From IMG/VR virus record IMGVR_UViG_3300001687_000020: DNA of 45,879 bases; one strand, 5' to 3'. This stretch comes from a virus. Lineage: Duplodnaviria > Heunggongvirae > Uroviricota > Caudoviricetes. The position numbers were made by a program, and so were the translations under genes. Below, piece by piece: positions 35,285 to 44,007 of the stretch. The notes under the pieces were generated by a model. The model ran no database searches. It was given only the letters and a program-made list of their open reading frames with translations, and had not been told where the DNA came from. How positions within the stretch are numbered: the first letter of the stretch is position 1; the number at the start of each line of letters is the position of its first letter.

Positions 35285-35660
35285 ATTAAATTATGGTTTT
35301 TATTATGGTACTATATACGGAATAAGGATTCCTTATGAAGTAGAGAATAAACAACTTGTTTATTCGTTTTATCTAGCTTATAGGAAAACAATTAACTACT
35401 ACAGTTCTTGGTTTTATGTAATGCGTGGACAATTAAGATTGACTGTTTATTGTCTTCCTTTTTTTATTGAAAATAGGTCGCTACTTATGGCTTTTACCTC
35501 AGACAGCATGGTATTAGGGTTACAAACCATAGATTTTCCAAAAAGGAAGAAACCTTTAAGAAGAATAGACGAAGCTTTATATAATGCTCTTAAAGAAGTC
35601 GGATTTCCTGATTCTTTAACTAGAGGAGAATCGAATGATGTTAGTGGAGATAGATGGTGA
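35259..35660 (+). CDS. YxxYL paralogue family member
   Basis: KQLVYSFYLAYRK; ALKEVGFP. Confidence 0.75.
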   Translation: MLFNKIPTRLNYGFYYGTIYGIRIPYEVENKQLVYSFYLAYRKTINYYSSWFYVMRGQLRLTVYCLPFFIENRSLLMAFTSDSMVLGLQTIDFPKRKKPLRRIDEALYNALKEVGFPDSLTRGESNDVSGDRW

Positions 35661-36075
35661 AAAAATAGAAAACGGTAATTATTATAATTTAGAAGAATTT
35701 GAAAGAGTGGTTAAAAGTATAGATTCAACTTTTTATGGTTTACTTCTATATAATTATCAGATATTGGAAGATAGTAGACTTCTTCCGGTTCTTTATTCTT
35801 TATATCTTAGTTCTGAGAAAAAAAGAGATTTTCAGTCTACATATGTACTGTTTAATGCTAGAAATAGCCCAAGACCCACTTTTCCCAATGTTATAGTTCC
35901 TCTAAGTTTTGGAACTAAATTAGGAAGATTATATTTATTGGTTTTTGATGATTTTTCAATGATAGGATTAGTGATTTCCATTAGTTTTCGGAAATTTTCA
36001 GATAAAAATTTTGTGAGAGAGTTACACCAAATATGTACTAATAAACTATGTATCCCCGAGGAATATTTATGTTAA
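35635..36075 (+). CDS. YxxYL paralogue family member
   Basis: 146 aa; PVLYSLYLSSEK; KLCIPEE. Confidence 0.75.
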   Translation: MMLVEIDGEKIENGNYYNLEEFERVVKSIDSTFYGLLLYNYQILEDSRLLPVLYSLYLSSEKKRDFQSTYVLFNARNSPRPTFPNVIVPLSFGTKLGRLYLLVFDDFSMIGLVISISFRKFSDKNFVRELHQICTNKLCIPEEYLC

Positions 36076-36398
36076 GAGAAACATTTGAAATACTTTCTAT
36101 AAGAAAACCCATCTTAAAAGCTATAATAAGTCTAGTTCATTTGAGAAAATATAAACTATTTTGGCATACTGAAGTTGATAAGGATCACATAGTTTATACT
36201 CTACTGTATACATGGTATCTTGCATATTGGTCAAAATCTAGAGATTATTATAGCCTAAAAGAACTATATTTAAAAGAAAATGCTTTCAGAGTATCGTCTG
36301 TTGAAATTGATACTTTTGAAGTTCATATATACCGAGGATGGATATTATTTAGAGAAAAGAAAGCGAGGAAGATTTTTAAATGGTTATGTTTTGTGTAA
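36048..36398 (+). CDS. YxxYL paralogue family member
   Basis: TLLYTWYLAYWSK..YYSLKEL. Confidence 0.75.
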   Translation: MYPRGIFMLRETFEILSIRKPILKAIISLVHLRKYKLFWHTEVDKDHIVYTLLYTWYLAYWSKSRDYYSLKELYLKENAFRVSSVEIDTFEVHIYRGWILFREKKARKIFKWLCFV

Positions 36399-36721
36399 AA
36401 ATATCTCATTGGAAAACAAGAAAACCCCTTATTCTCGAACTGATGTACAAATTTTATATAGCAAAGAATTTTATGATAGTTTGGGAAAAAAGTAATTATA
36501 AGTCTATGAAGGAGTTTAGAGAGAAAAATATATATAGGGAATTTAATTATGGAAATTTAATTCTTCTTTTCCATAGTCAAACATTATACGTGGGAAAAGA
36601 TGTTTTATCTATCAAGGACCATCAGGTTCTTATATCTTATAAAAGGAGTATAATAAGGGATGCCAAAAAACTAGGAATAAAAGGATTCACTACGGATGAC
36701 TTAAAGCTTCGAGTATTCTAA
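36380..36721 (+). CDS. YxxYL paralogue family member
   Basis: 113 aa; LELMYKFYIAK; AKKLGIKG. Confidence 0.75.
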   Translation: MVMFCVKISHWKTRKPLILELMYKFYIAKNFMIVWEKSNYKSMKEFREKNIYREFNYGNLILLFHSQTLYVGKDVLSIKDHQVLISYKRSIIRDAKKLGIKGFTTDDLKLRVF

Positions 36722-36745
36722 TATTTAATATTGGAGGTTTTAGAA

Positions 36746-37441
36746 ATGACAATAGCAGAGAATACATCACTTTTTGTAGATTTCGTTAATAGTCATTTAA
36801 ACCAAGTCTACAAAGCAAGGGACATAGTCCCAGTTTTAGGATGTGGATTGAGAATTACGCAAGACTTCTTGAAAACTTTGACTGAAAAATATCCAGACAG
36901 GGTTAAAAGGGAGAAAGATAAAAATACTTATCTTTATACGTTTAAGAAAAAGTTGACTGAAAAAGACATTCTAAGTTTCAAACAAGATGCCCCAGGCAAA
37001 TCTTCTAAACGTGATACTCCCAAAAAACCTTCTTCACCAAAAGCAAATCCAAAATCCAAATCGGTTACGGAAAGGAATGATTTTTCCAAAAATATTGGTA
37101 TTTTGATTAAAAGTATGGACATTATAGAAGGTTCTCTCAATGCTCTAATCAAAGGAGAAGGTATAACAAAGAACATCAAGATTGATATCAATCTGGGTGG
37201 ATTAAAGGGTGAGAAAGTTAGTTTTTCTAGACCTACTCAGGATGAAATTAACAAACCGATCACGCCAGAAGATATAGCTGATATTACTTCTGCATTAAAA
37301 GACTTTTTCGAGCCTATTCCTAACATTAATTTAACATCTGAAAGATTAACAGAAATAGCCGAAGAAATTCTTTTTATCGTTTTATCGGTTGATAATGCTA
37401 AATGTTTGATTAAATTATTCCAATCATTTTTCCCTAAATAA
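36746..37441 (+). CDS. Putative winged-helix DNA-binding protein
   Basis: Likely start ATG 36746 after GGAGG (track 36731); YKARDIVPVLGCGLRITQDFLK..YLY resembles a wHTH; basic Lys/Pro/Ser linker. Confidence 0.5.
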   Translation: MTIAENTSLFVDFVNSHLNQVYKARDIVPVLGCGLRITQDFLKTLTEKYPDRVKREKDKNTYLYTFKKKLTEKDILSFKQDAPGKSSKRDTPKKPSSPKANPKSKSVTERNDFSKNIGILIKSMDIIEGSLNALIKGEGITKNIKIDINLGGLKGEKVSFSRPTQDEINKPITPEDIADITSALKDFFEPIPNINLTSERLTEIAEEILFIVLSVDNAKCLIKLFQSFFPK

Positions 37442-37457
37442 TCTGAGGAGGAAGGAG

Positions 37458-37925
37458 ATGGATTTTCCAAGAATTTATCTTTATGGTTTACGATTAAAAT
37501 GGACAAAATTGATAATACGAAGGAAAGATATTCTTCAAATTATCTATACTTACTATTTATCTAAGTTCAAAGATATTATAACATTTGGAGATTTTAATTA
37601 CTTCATTACTTATGAAAATCCATCTCCTCACCATCTCAAACCATCAGAATTGGGTCCTATACGTATATTTGGTTTAAATCTACATATAGCGATAGGACCT
37701 AATTCTGAGAACAATTTTAGACCTAGATTATTATTTATAGCTAGAGAAGTTTTTAGTTTCCGAAAAATAGATATGTTTACACCTCGGGATTTACAGGAGA
37801 GAGAAAAAACGTCAGAGATGCTCAAAGTTTTCTATATTGACATAGATCCATTGAAACTGGATAGGGTAGAACATTATAGTGAATTGGGAGAGAAAAAATT
37901 CATTTATAAAGGACTTTCAAAATGA
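37458..37925 (+). CDS. YxxYL paralogue family member
   Basis: 155 aa; LQIIYTYYLSKFK; YLYGLRLKW and GPIRIFGLNL shared with next ORF. Confidence 0.8.
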   Translation: MDFPRIYLYGLRLKWTKLIIRRKDILQIIYTYYLSKFKDIITFGDFNYFITYENPSPHHLKPSELGPIRIFGLNLHIAIGPNSENNFRPRLLFIAREVFSFRKIDMFTPRDLQEREKTSEMLKVFYIDIDPLKLDRVEHYSELGEKKFIYKGLSK

Positions 37926-38377
37926 AAGCTTGCTATTATGGTTTGAAATTAGATTGGTTAAAAATACTTAGCTACAAACCAATTATTCCTACTATACTAT
38001 ATATCCATTATTTGATTGAAAGAAAAAGATTTCTTTATCCAAAATCATATCGAGATTTTATCTTTATTGATTTTGGCGATAATACATTTAACCCTCCTTC
38101 ATTTGGTATTTTCTCTCCATTCGGTCCGATACAAAGAATAGGTCTCCATTTATACTGGGAACCCAGGTTTGTGAAGAATCGTTGGAACGATGTGAGGATG
38201 GAAGTAGACTTTTATGTGGCTAAACAGACATATTTAACCCACACACCTGCTTCATTATATGATAAGTTATTAAGAGAAGAAACGTGCTTATATATGTCTA
38301 ATCTAGGTATTTTTGTTGAACCTCATGACTTAGGTTTTGCTGAAAAAATAGAGTTTTTACCTTCGGTGGAGATATGA
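37922..38377 (+). CDS. YxxYL paralogue family member
   Basis: 151 aa; TILYIHYLIERK; YYGLKLDW and GPIQRIGLHL. Confidence 0.8.
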   Translation: MKACYYGLKLDWLKILSYKPIIPTILYIHYLIERKRFLYPKSYRDFIFIDFGDNTFNPPSFGIFSPFGPIQRIGLHLYWEPRFVKNRWNDVRMEVDFYVAKQTYLTHTPASLYDKLLREETCLYMSNLGIFVEPHDLGFAEKIEFLPSVEI

Positions 38378-38378
38378 C

Positions 38379-38783
38379 ATGAGTCAAAGGATACATCACA
38401 TTCTTGGTGTTAATTTTAGAACAGAAGAATTGAAAACCAATAAAGAATTTCTACATTGTATGTATTTACTTTCTTTAATATCTGAGTTTGTTTATGATAA
38501 TAGATGTAGTTATCACTTTTACTCATTTAAAAAATTTGTAGACTCAGACTATTTCACTCATATAGCTATGTATAGATTGGGTTATCTTACTAATCTGGAG
38601 TGTATAACATATCATAATGCTGGAACTATATTTAAACTTCATTTAGGTCTTAGATTTCCACAAGATATGGAATTATTTGAAACTAAATATAACTATATGC
38701 AAAGGATTATATTAAATTTAGACAAAATTGGGATTCATACTAATGTAAGTCATTTATGTTTAAGATCTAAAATTATCGACTAA
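38379..38783 (+). CDS. YxxYL paralogue family member
   Basis: 134 aa; LHCMYLLSLI; NLDKIGIH. Confidence 0.75.
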   Translation: MSQRIHHILGVNFRTEELKTNKEFLHCMYLLSLISEFVYDNRCSYHFYSFKKFVDSDYFTHIAMYRLGYLTNLECITYHNAGTIFKLHLGLRFPQDMELFETKYNYMQRIILNLDKIGIHTNVSHLCLRSKIID

Positions 38784-38795
38784 GGGGGTGGAAAA

Positions 38796-39185
38796 ATTCT
38801 CAATTATAATAGTTTTTGTATAATAGGTTTTACAATTGATAAAGATTCTTTTATCAAAAAATTTCCTGATATTTGTAAATTAGTTTATAAATTGTATTTA
38901 TCTTATAATAAGGATGGGTTGTTAGTTAAAGGATTCGAGGGATTTTTAACTTCAGAACTTTTTTTCACGTATATCTCTCTATTTCTACTAAAAAATGGTT
39001 TATATGGGACTCAGGAGACAAGTCCAAATTCCTGTTATTTTTATTTAGGAAAAAGTATTTATACTATGTATGAAACTGAAACTTTACATGATTTCAAACT
39101 AAGAGTATACAATAAGTTAAGGAAGACAGGATTTGAAATAACCTTTAAAGAAATGTCTGTACATACAGGCTCAGGAGACAGGTAA
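38796..39185 (+). CDS. YxxYL paralogue with uncertain start
   Basis: Frame open from 38784; family motif KLVYKLYLSYNK begins upstream of the track start (38892); candidate ATT start at 38796. Confidence 0.65.
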   Translation: MLNYNSFCIIGFTIDKDSFIKKFPDICKLVYKLYLSYNKDGLLVKGFEGFLTSELFFTYISLFLLKNGLYGTQETSPNSCYFYLGKSIYTMYETETLHDFKLRVYNKLRKTGFEITFKEMSVHTGSGDR

Positions 39186-39186
39186 A

Positions 39187-39666
39187 ATGACAGAAAAAGA
39201 TAACAAAAATAATCCGGGGGACATCAAAGAAAGTATTAAAAAGTTATTAGATGCTGTTATTCCAACTAATGAATTGATAGACAAAATCCAGAATGTACTA
39301 AATGGTATCCCCCAAATACTTGATGATTCAGAAATCAGAAAAATAGTAGTGACAACTTTATTAATGGGAGATGCTTTTCAATTTGAGGAATTTAAAGACC
39401 TGCTAAAGGTTTATGGAATTGAACCTCCCACAGATGACTTGGGAAAACCTCACACTGAAATTCTAAAAGATATTAGTCTTAAAATTATAAATAGCTTTTA
39501 CAAGATGGACAATGATAAGCTTCCCCATTTTTTTAAACTGTTATTAAAGTGTTTTGGAAAAGGATCATATTCAGTTGATGATTTTAAATGTATGTCTCAT
39601 CCTATAAAACTAGAATCGGACGTAGATATGGATTTTTTAAAAGACCTTAAAGGACCAATGCATTAA
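39187..39666 (+). CDS. Hypothetical protein
   Basis: 159-aa ORF, RBS GGAG/AGGT. Confidence 0.7.
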   Translation: MTEKDNKNNPGDIKESIKKLLDAVIPTNELIDKIQNVLNGIPQILDDSEIRKIVVTTLLMGDAFQFEEFKDLLKVYGIEPPTDDLGKPHTEILKDISLKIINSFYKMDNDKLPHFFKLLLKCFGKGSYSVDDFKCMSHPIKLESDVDMDFLKDLKGPMH

Positions 39667-39682
39667 TAATTAAAAGGGGGTT

Positions 39683-40153
39683 TTGAGAATGTTTAGTTTT
39701 TTAGTTATCTCTTTTTTAGTATGTGTTGTGGTAAGTTTTTTAGGAAGAGTTGTCAAGAATGATTTAATGATACTTATCGGTATAGTAGGAATGATTTTGA
39801 TAGTAATTTTTGGTTTTTTATATTTCCCTCACTTTTTTAGGACAGAGTATAACATTCACGTTACTAGGTTAGAAGGTTCTAAATTTTCAAGAATGGTTTT
39901 AGGAACCGAGATTGAGTCAGGAAAAGGAATGTCATTTAAAAATAGGGATAGTGCACTTGAATGGAAATGGAACTCTGCTGATATTCAAGCAGAGTTAGAG
40001 GAAGGAAAAGACTTTACTATAAAAGTTTATGGTATTCGTTTACCTTTTTGGTCAGTAAACAAAAATATAATATCTGTCGAGCCATATGTTAGAAAACCTG
40101 ATCCGGAGAAAATAAGTTTTTTACCTCTATTCTTTAATCTAAACTTTTCTTAA
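39683..40153 (+). CDS. Membrane-anchored phage protein (DUF1523-like)
   Basis: Two TM helices then FKNRDSALEWKWNSADIQAELEEGKDFTIKVYGIRLPFWS..NII motif. Confidence 0.7.
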   Translation: MRMFSFLVISFLVCVVVSFLGRVVKNDLMILIGIVGMILIVIFGFLYFPHFFRTEYNIHVTRLEGSKFSRMVLGTEIESGKGMSFKNRDSALEWKWNSADIQAELEEGKDFTIKVYGIRLPFWSVNKNIISVEPYVRKPDPEKISFLPLFFNLNFS

Positions 40154-40166
40154 CTGGAGAAACAAT

Positions 40167-40604
40167 ATGACTTGGATTTTTAAAGTTTTTGATGTCTATA
40201 TAATTCTTTTTTCTATGATTATCCTTCTAGTTATGTATTTATTCTTTCCCTTGGGTATAGCCCTACTGATAATATTTATAGCTTTGGGTTGTGTGTTGTG
40301 GGGTTATTGGACTAATTCTAAAGAATTGAGAATTAGTGGGAAAGTGATGGACAAGAAGTCATATTATTCTGAAAGTTATAGACATTTTTGTGGTCTATTT
40401 TATAGAGTTTCAATTTTCTCACCTGTTTATGGGAAAGTGATAATTCAAGAAATTTCTCCTGGCTATCCAGAAAGACTTTTTGGATCTACTAGTAAAATTT
40501 TAGATTCATTAGAAATAGGTCTCAATTATGATTTAGTTTTTAAACACTGGGAGACAATGTTTGGTATTTATAATTTGTTGGTTGAAGTCAAAAAAATGCC
40601 ATAG
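40167..40604 (+). CDS. Two-TM protein with OB-fold-like soluble domain
   Basis: 145 aa; ISGKVMDKKSY...DSLEIGLNYDLVF pattern parallels the previous ORF. Confidence 0.65.
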   Translation: MTWIFKVFDVYIILFSMIILLVMYLFFPLGIALLIIFIALGCVLWGYWTNSKELRISGKVMDKKSYYSESYRHFCGLFYRVSIFSPVYGKVIIQEISPGYPERLFGSTSKILDSLEIGLNYDLVFKHWETMFGIYNLLVEVKKMP

Positions 40605-40615
40605 GGGAGGGGTTA

Positions 40616-41047
40616 ATGCGAAATTTAGTTAAGTCATATATAATTTTCAGTTTGGACAATATTAGAGAATTTATTTATGGCCTATTTATGTTGTTTTCTA
40701 TCTCAGCAGGTATAATACTTTTTATTTGGTTTTTACTTTTAATCGGGGTTGAGTCCCCGGAGCATCTTAAACTTTTTTCTAGCTTATATTTTATAGTTCC
40801 AACAATTATATCTATTATATTGATAGCAATTTACTATATCATCCCTAGTACTAATTCATTTATCAAAATACATTTAATCCGAGCAATGTTGGATAATGAA
40901 TTAGAAAAAGGAATTTCGGAATTAGCTAAATCAGGAAAGGATATCTCTGGGCATTTTAGTAATGTTATAACTAGAGTTTTTAAAGATATTGACAAAGGTT
41001 TGGAAAGTTTAGAAAAGAAGTTTAAACTGAATGACGAATCTTCATAA
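40616..41047 (+). CDS. Two-TM membrane protein
   Basis: 143 aa; two hydrophobic helices and a coiled C-terminus; RBS GGAGG. Confidence 0.7.
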   Translation: MRNLVKSYIIFSLDNIREFIYGLFMLFSISAGIILFIWFLLLIGVESPEHLKLFSSLYFIVPTIISIILIAIYYIIPSTNSFIKIHLIRAMLDNELEKGISELAKSGKDISGHFSNVITRVFKDIDKGLESLEKKFKLNDESS

Positions 41048-41058
41048 GGAACTATATA

Positions 41059-41265
41059 ATGAACAAATCTATACCTATAATCCATGGGATTTCTATATTT
41101 GGAATGGTTATAGCACTTCTTGGATTGAATTGGTTAAATCTTTCTACTGTGAAGCAACTTAATGAAAGGCAAAAGCAACTTAAGAAATTTTTCAATTCGT
41201 TTCTTGCTTTAGTTGGAATTGTAAGTATTATAGTATTTCTGATAACTTCTTTTATTAGGAGATAG
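41059..41265 (+). CDS. Small two-TM protein
   Basis: 68 aa; same TM-loop-TM layout as 41272-41475. Confidence 0.7.
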   Translation: MNKSIPIIHGISIFGMVIALLGLNWLNLSTVKQLNERQKQLKKFFNSFLALVGIVSIIVFLITSFIRR

Positions 41266-41271
41266 ATCAAA

Positions 41272-41475
41272 ATGAATATTTCACCAATGCAGGGAAGTGG
41301 TTTATTATTTATTCTTATATGTTTCTTTTTACTTCATGTAATAAATACTGCTACTCAAACTAGATATTTGACACCTAAATTGTTGAAAATTAAAACAATA
41401 ACTAATTATGTTTTACTTATCTTATCAGGAATTTGCTTATTATCTTTTACTATTGACTTAATAATGAGGATGTAG
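41272..41475 (+). CDS. Small two-TM protein
   Basis: 67 aa; RBS AGGAG. Confidence 0.7.
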   Translation: MNISPMQGSGLLFILICFFLLHVINTATQTRYLTPKLLKIKTITNYVLLILSGICLLSFTIDLIMRM

Positions 41476-41479
41476 AAGC

Positions 41480-41920
41480 ATGAAGTATTTTAGCGGGAGT
41501 TTAGCTTTTTTACTATTTATGTATATTGGAACATTATTACTGTATCGTTTTAGACGAAAAACCTTTTTACGATATATGATAGGATTTCTCGGTATAGTAA
41601 TAGTCAGTATGTCTTTGATTATATTTTTCAATTCTAAAATGAACATTAGAGTTTCTACATTTTGTGTACTCTCTATTAAACCAGGAAAAATAGCCGCTAT
41701 GGATCTCAATACTAAGGAATTAGTAATTTTGGGAAATAGGAGGAATCCTTTTAGACTTGTTAGTTACGATGAAGTTCAAGAAGATATTAAATATGGTTGT
41801 ATTTATGTAATAGCTCATTTTAGATTTCCCCTTCCATTCCTTCCTGATAATATTGTTTATTTTGAAGAGTTCACTTTAGATGATGAAGAATCAAAAATTC
41901 CAGACTTCAGAAGTATTTAG
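41480..41920 (+). CDS. Two-TM protein with beta-rich domain
   Basis: 146 aa; AAMDLNTKELV parallels GARDIKTGKLI in the next ORF. Confidence 0.7.
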   Translation: MKYFSGSLAFLLFMYIGTLLLYRFRRKTFLRYMIGFLGIVIVSMSLIIFFNSKMNIRVSTFCVLSIKPGKIAAMDLNTKELVILGNRRNPFRLVSYDEVQEDIKYGCIYVIAHFRFPLPFLPDNIVYFEEFTLDDEESKIPDFRSI

Positions 41921-41931
41921 GAGGTATTTAA

Positions 41932-42261
41932 TTGATTTTTTTCTTTTCTTTAGTCTTAGTAGGTTTTATTTCTATTTTAGCAAGTAAGTATTTCACGAGA
42001 AAGAATTTAAAAGAATTAGAAACTCCGTGGAGAATCCGGAGTGTTTATTTTTCAGCCATAGTAGTTGAAGGTAAAGTAAAAGTTGGGGCTAGGGATATAA
42101 AAACGGGAAAATTAATTGATTTTTATAAAGAGGTGGGAGATAAAATATGTAATAGTATTTCCAGGAATATGGTTCCTGGATTTTATTTATGTATTTATAA
42201 AAAAGGTGAGATGACAGTGTGTACGTACAAGGGAGATGATTATGTTCTTAAATTTCTTTAG
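41932..42261 (+). CDS. TM-anchored beta-rich protein
   Basis: 109 aa; TTG start after GGAGG. Confidence 0.7.
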   Translation: MIFFFSLVLVGFISILASKYFTRKNLKELETPWRIRSVYFSAIVVEGKVKVGARDIKTGKLIDFYKEVGDKICNSISRNMVPGFYLCIYKKGEMTVCTYKGDDYVLKFL

Positions 42262-42580
42262 TATCTTAATAAGTTCACTTTTAGCTATACTTATAGTTAA
42301 AGTGCATTTAAAAAGTCTTTATAAGTCAATACATATAGATGTCCGCTTAGTAAAAATCATTAGCGTTGAAGAAAATAATATGTATTGTTTGGAGCAACCA
42401 AGCGGACTAGTTTATAAGTATAATAAAGAATGTTTTCTTTCTCCTACAAATTTTAAGACTTTTCATGAAGGTAGTGAATATCTATTGACTTGTTGTGGAA
42501 AGGGACCCACCATAGCAAAAAACTTTGTGATGCCTCCCAATCCCACTAGTAATAATGAGTCAGAGAAAACTCTCCATTAA
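42236..42580 (+). CDS. TM-anchored beta-rich protein
   Basis: 114 aa; N-terminal TM; FKTFHEGSEYLL motif. Confidence 0.7.
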   Translation: MIMFLNFFSILISSLLAILIVKVHLKSLYKSIHIDVRLVKIISVEENNMYCLEQPSGLVYKYNKECFLSPTNFKTFHEGSEYLLTCCGKGPTIAKNFVMPPNPTSNNESEKTLH

Positions 42581-42589
42581 AATACAGAA

Positions 42590-42675
42590 TGAGTCGGAAT
42601 AAGTGTTATCTTAGTTTTGTCCTGGGATCATGGGGAGGACGAGATTGAGTATACCTTATTCCGACTTATTTTTTT
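42590..42675 (+). terminator. Very long hairpin plus U7, terminator of the plus block
   Basis: Arms 42590-42623 / 42636-42668, about 32 bp with several G-U pairs valid on plus; followed by a T run; lies between convergent genes. Confidence 0.8.
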
Positions 42676-43486
42676 AGCAAAAATTTTGGATAAATTTCTT
42701 AACTCTATTATGAACTTCTTGACATGTGGGAGAGATAGTATTAATTTCTAATATTTTCCAACCTATACTTCTCAAATGTTTTTTTCTAGACTCTGGGTTT
42801 ATAGCATATATATCATTATGCCAGAAAACTTTTGAGAACTCTATATCTATTTGTCTAGAAGGAATTGTCATATCGGTTACATATTGAAAATTAATATCTC
42901 CACCCAAAGCCTTGTCTACTATAGTTTTATCACATTCGATATCAGGATAATACTTTTTTAAATATAAATAGATTTCTTCTTTAGTATCATATTGGATAGG
43001 AGAAATATTATAGTTAGTATCTTTATGTTTGGATAACTCAATACTTTCCATCTCTTCCATAAATTCTTTTCGAACTTGCTCTCTGATTTCTTCTATAGTT
43101 AAAGTTCCACCTATAGGTTGAGTCATGTGAATATCAACAGATGATTCATTTGATGAAGCTATGACTGACCCTCTAGATGGAGCAATTCCTAATTCTTCCC
43201 GAATATATTCTTTTGCTTTATCAGTAATAAAATCTCTAACTCTAGCAGATGCAGAAGTGACTTTTCCTTCTTTATTAGTGACTATCACATGAACAAATTC
43301 TTCGCTTGCTCTTAGTTCTTCAATTTTTAATTTACTAATAGGAAAACCAGGATACTTATTATGATATTCAGCTAATGACATATTATGAAATTTTTTCATA
43401 TGGTTATCATTCAAAATTCTAAATGCTTGACCACATTCCTGACATATAACGAGTCCGTCTTCATCATACTTAGCATACATATTCAA
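42674..43486 (-). CDS. Zn-finger plus Vsr/DUF559-like endonuclease domain protein (homing-endonuclease-like)
   Basis: N-terminal CQECG..F..L...H....H; C-terminal DMTIPSRQIDIEF..VFWH...LRSIGWKILEI. Confidence 0.65.
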   Translation of the reverse strand: MNMYAKYDEDGLVICQECGQAFRILNDNHMKKFHNMSLAEYHNKYPGFPISKLKIEELRASEEFVHVIVTNKEGKVTSASARVRDFITDKAKEYIREELGIAPSRGSVIASSNESSVDIHMTQPIGGTLTIEEIREQVRKEFMEEMESIELSKHKDTNYNISPIQYDTKEEIYLYLKKYYPDIECDKTIVDKALGGDINFQYVTDMTIPSRQIDIEFSKVFWHNDIYAINPESRKKHLRSIGWKILEINTISPTCQEVHNRVKKFIQNFC

Positions 43487-43492
43487 AATCTC

Positions 43493-43993
43493 CTAAAATA
43501 GTTGTTTGTTTACAGATACGTTGATTCTTCCTGGGAGATTTTTCCACCAATCTTCCCATTCTTTTTGCTTCTTACAATTATAGTATAGTGGTGCTGCTAC
43601 ACATATTCTTGGTCTTCCTTCCATTCCAATATCGTATCCTGATTTAGTATTTTTAAAAGAATTCAATTTCGCAACTATTTTCTCAACGAAAGGTTCCAAT
43701 TTTGTGTCAACTCTAAATATTATAAAAGTTGGCCAATCTAATGATATCCCTCCTTCCGGTCCATGACCTTCACATGATGATCGAATTTCGACATTTTTTA
43801 TAGAATTAAGTTTCTCTAACCAATTGTTATCTAAATGCTCATCGACATATAAACCTTTCCATAACTTCTCTTTCGTTCCTGGGGCCCTTCCCATTCGTTG
43901 ACCAGGATAAGGTTTACCATGAATAACTTCCCAGGCTAAAGTAGGAGCAGGTTTTTTGCCTTTTCCAAAATGTCGTAATTTTTCTATCGCCAT
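43493..43993 (-). CDS. Hypothetical protein with SSCEGH motif (TYW3-like fold possible)
   Basis: 166 aa; VD..L...L..LN.I..VEIRSSCEGH; RBS AAGGAGG. Confidence 0.6.
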   Translation of the reverse strand: MAIEKLRHFGKGKKPAPTLAWEVIHGKPYPGQRMGRAPGTKEKLWKGLYVDEHLDNNWLEKLNSIKNVEIRSSCEGHGPEGGISLDWPTFIIFRVDTKLEPFVEKIVAKLNSFKNTKSGYDIGMEGRPRICVAAPLYYNCKKQKEWEDWWKNLPGRINVSVNKQLF

Positions 43994-44007
43994 TATATTC
44001 CTCCTTA

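Noticed and set aside
29547-39185. CRISPR array or DNA tandem repeat underlying the array
   Set aside because: No conserved nucleotide repeat-spacer pattern; similarity is only at the protein level.
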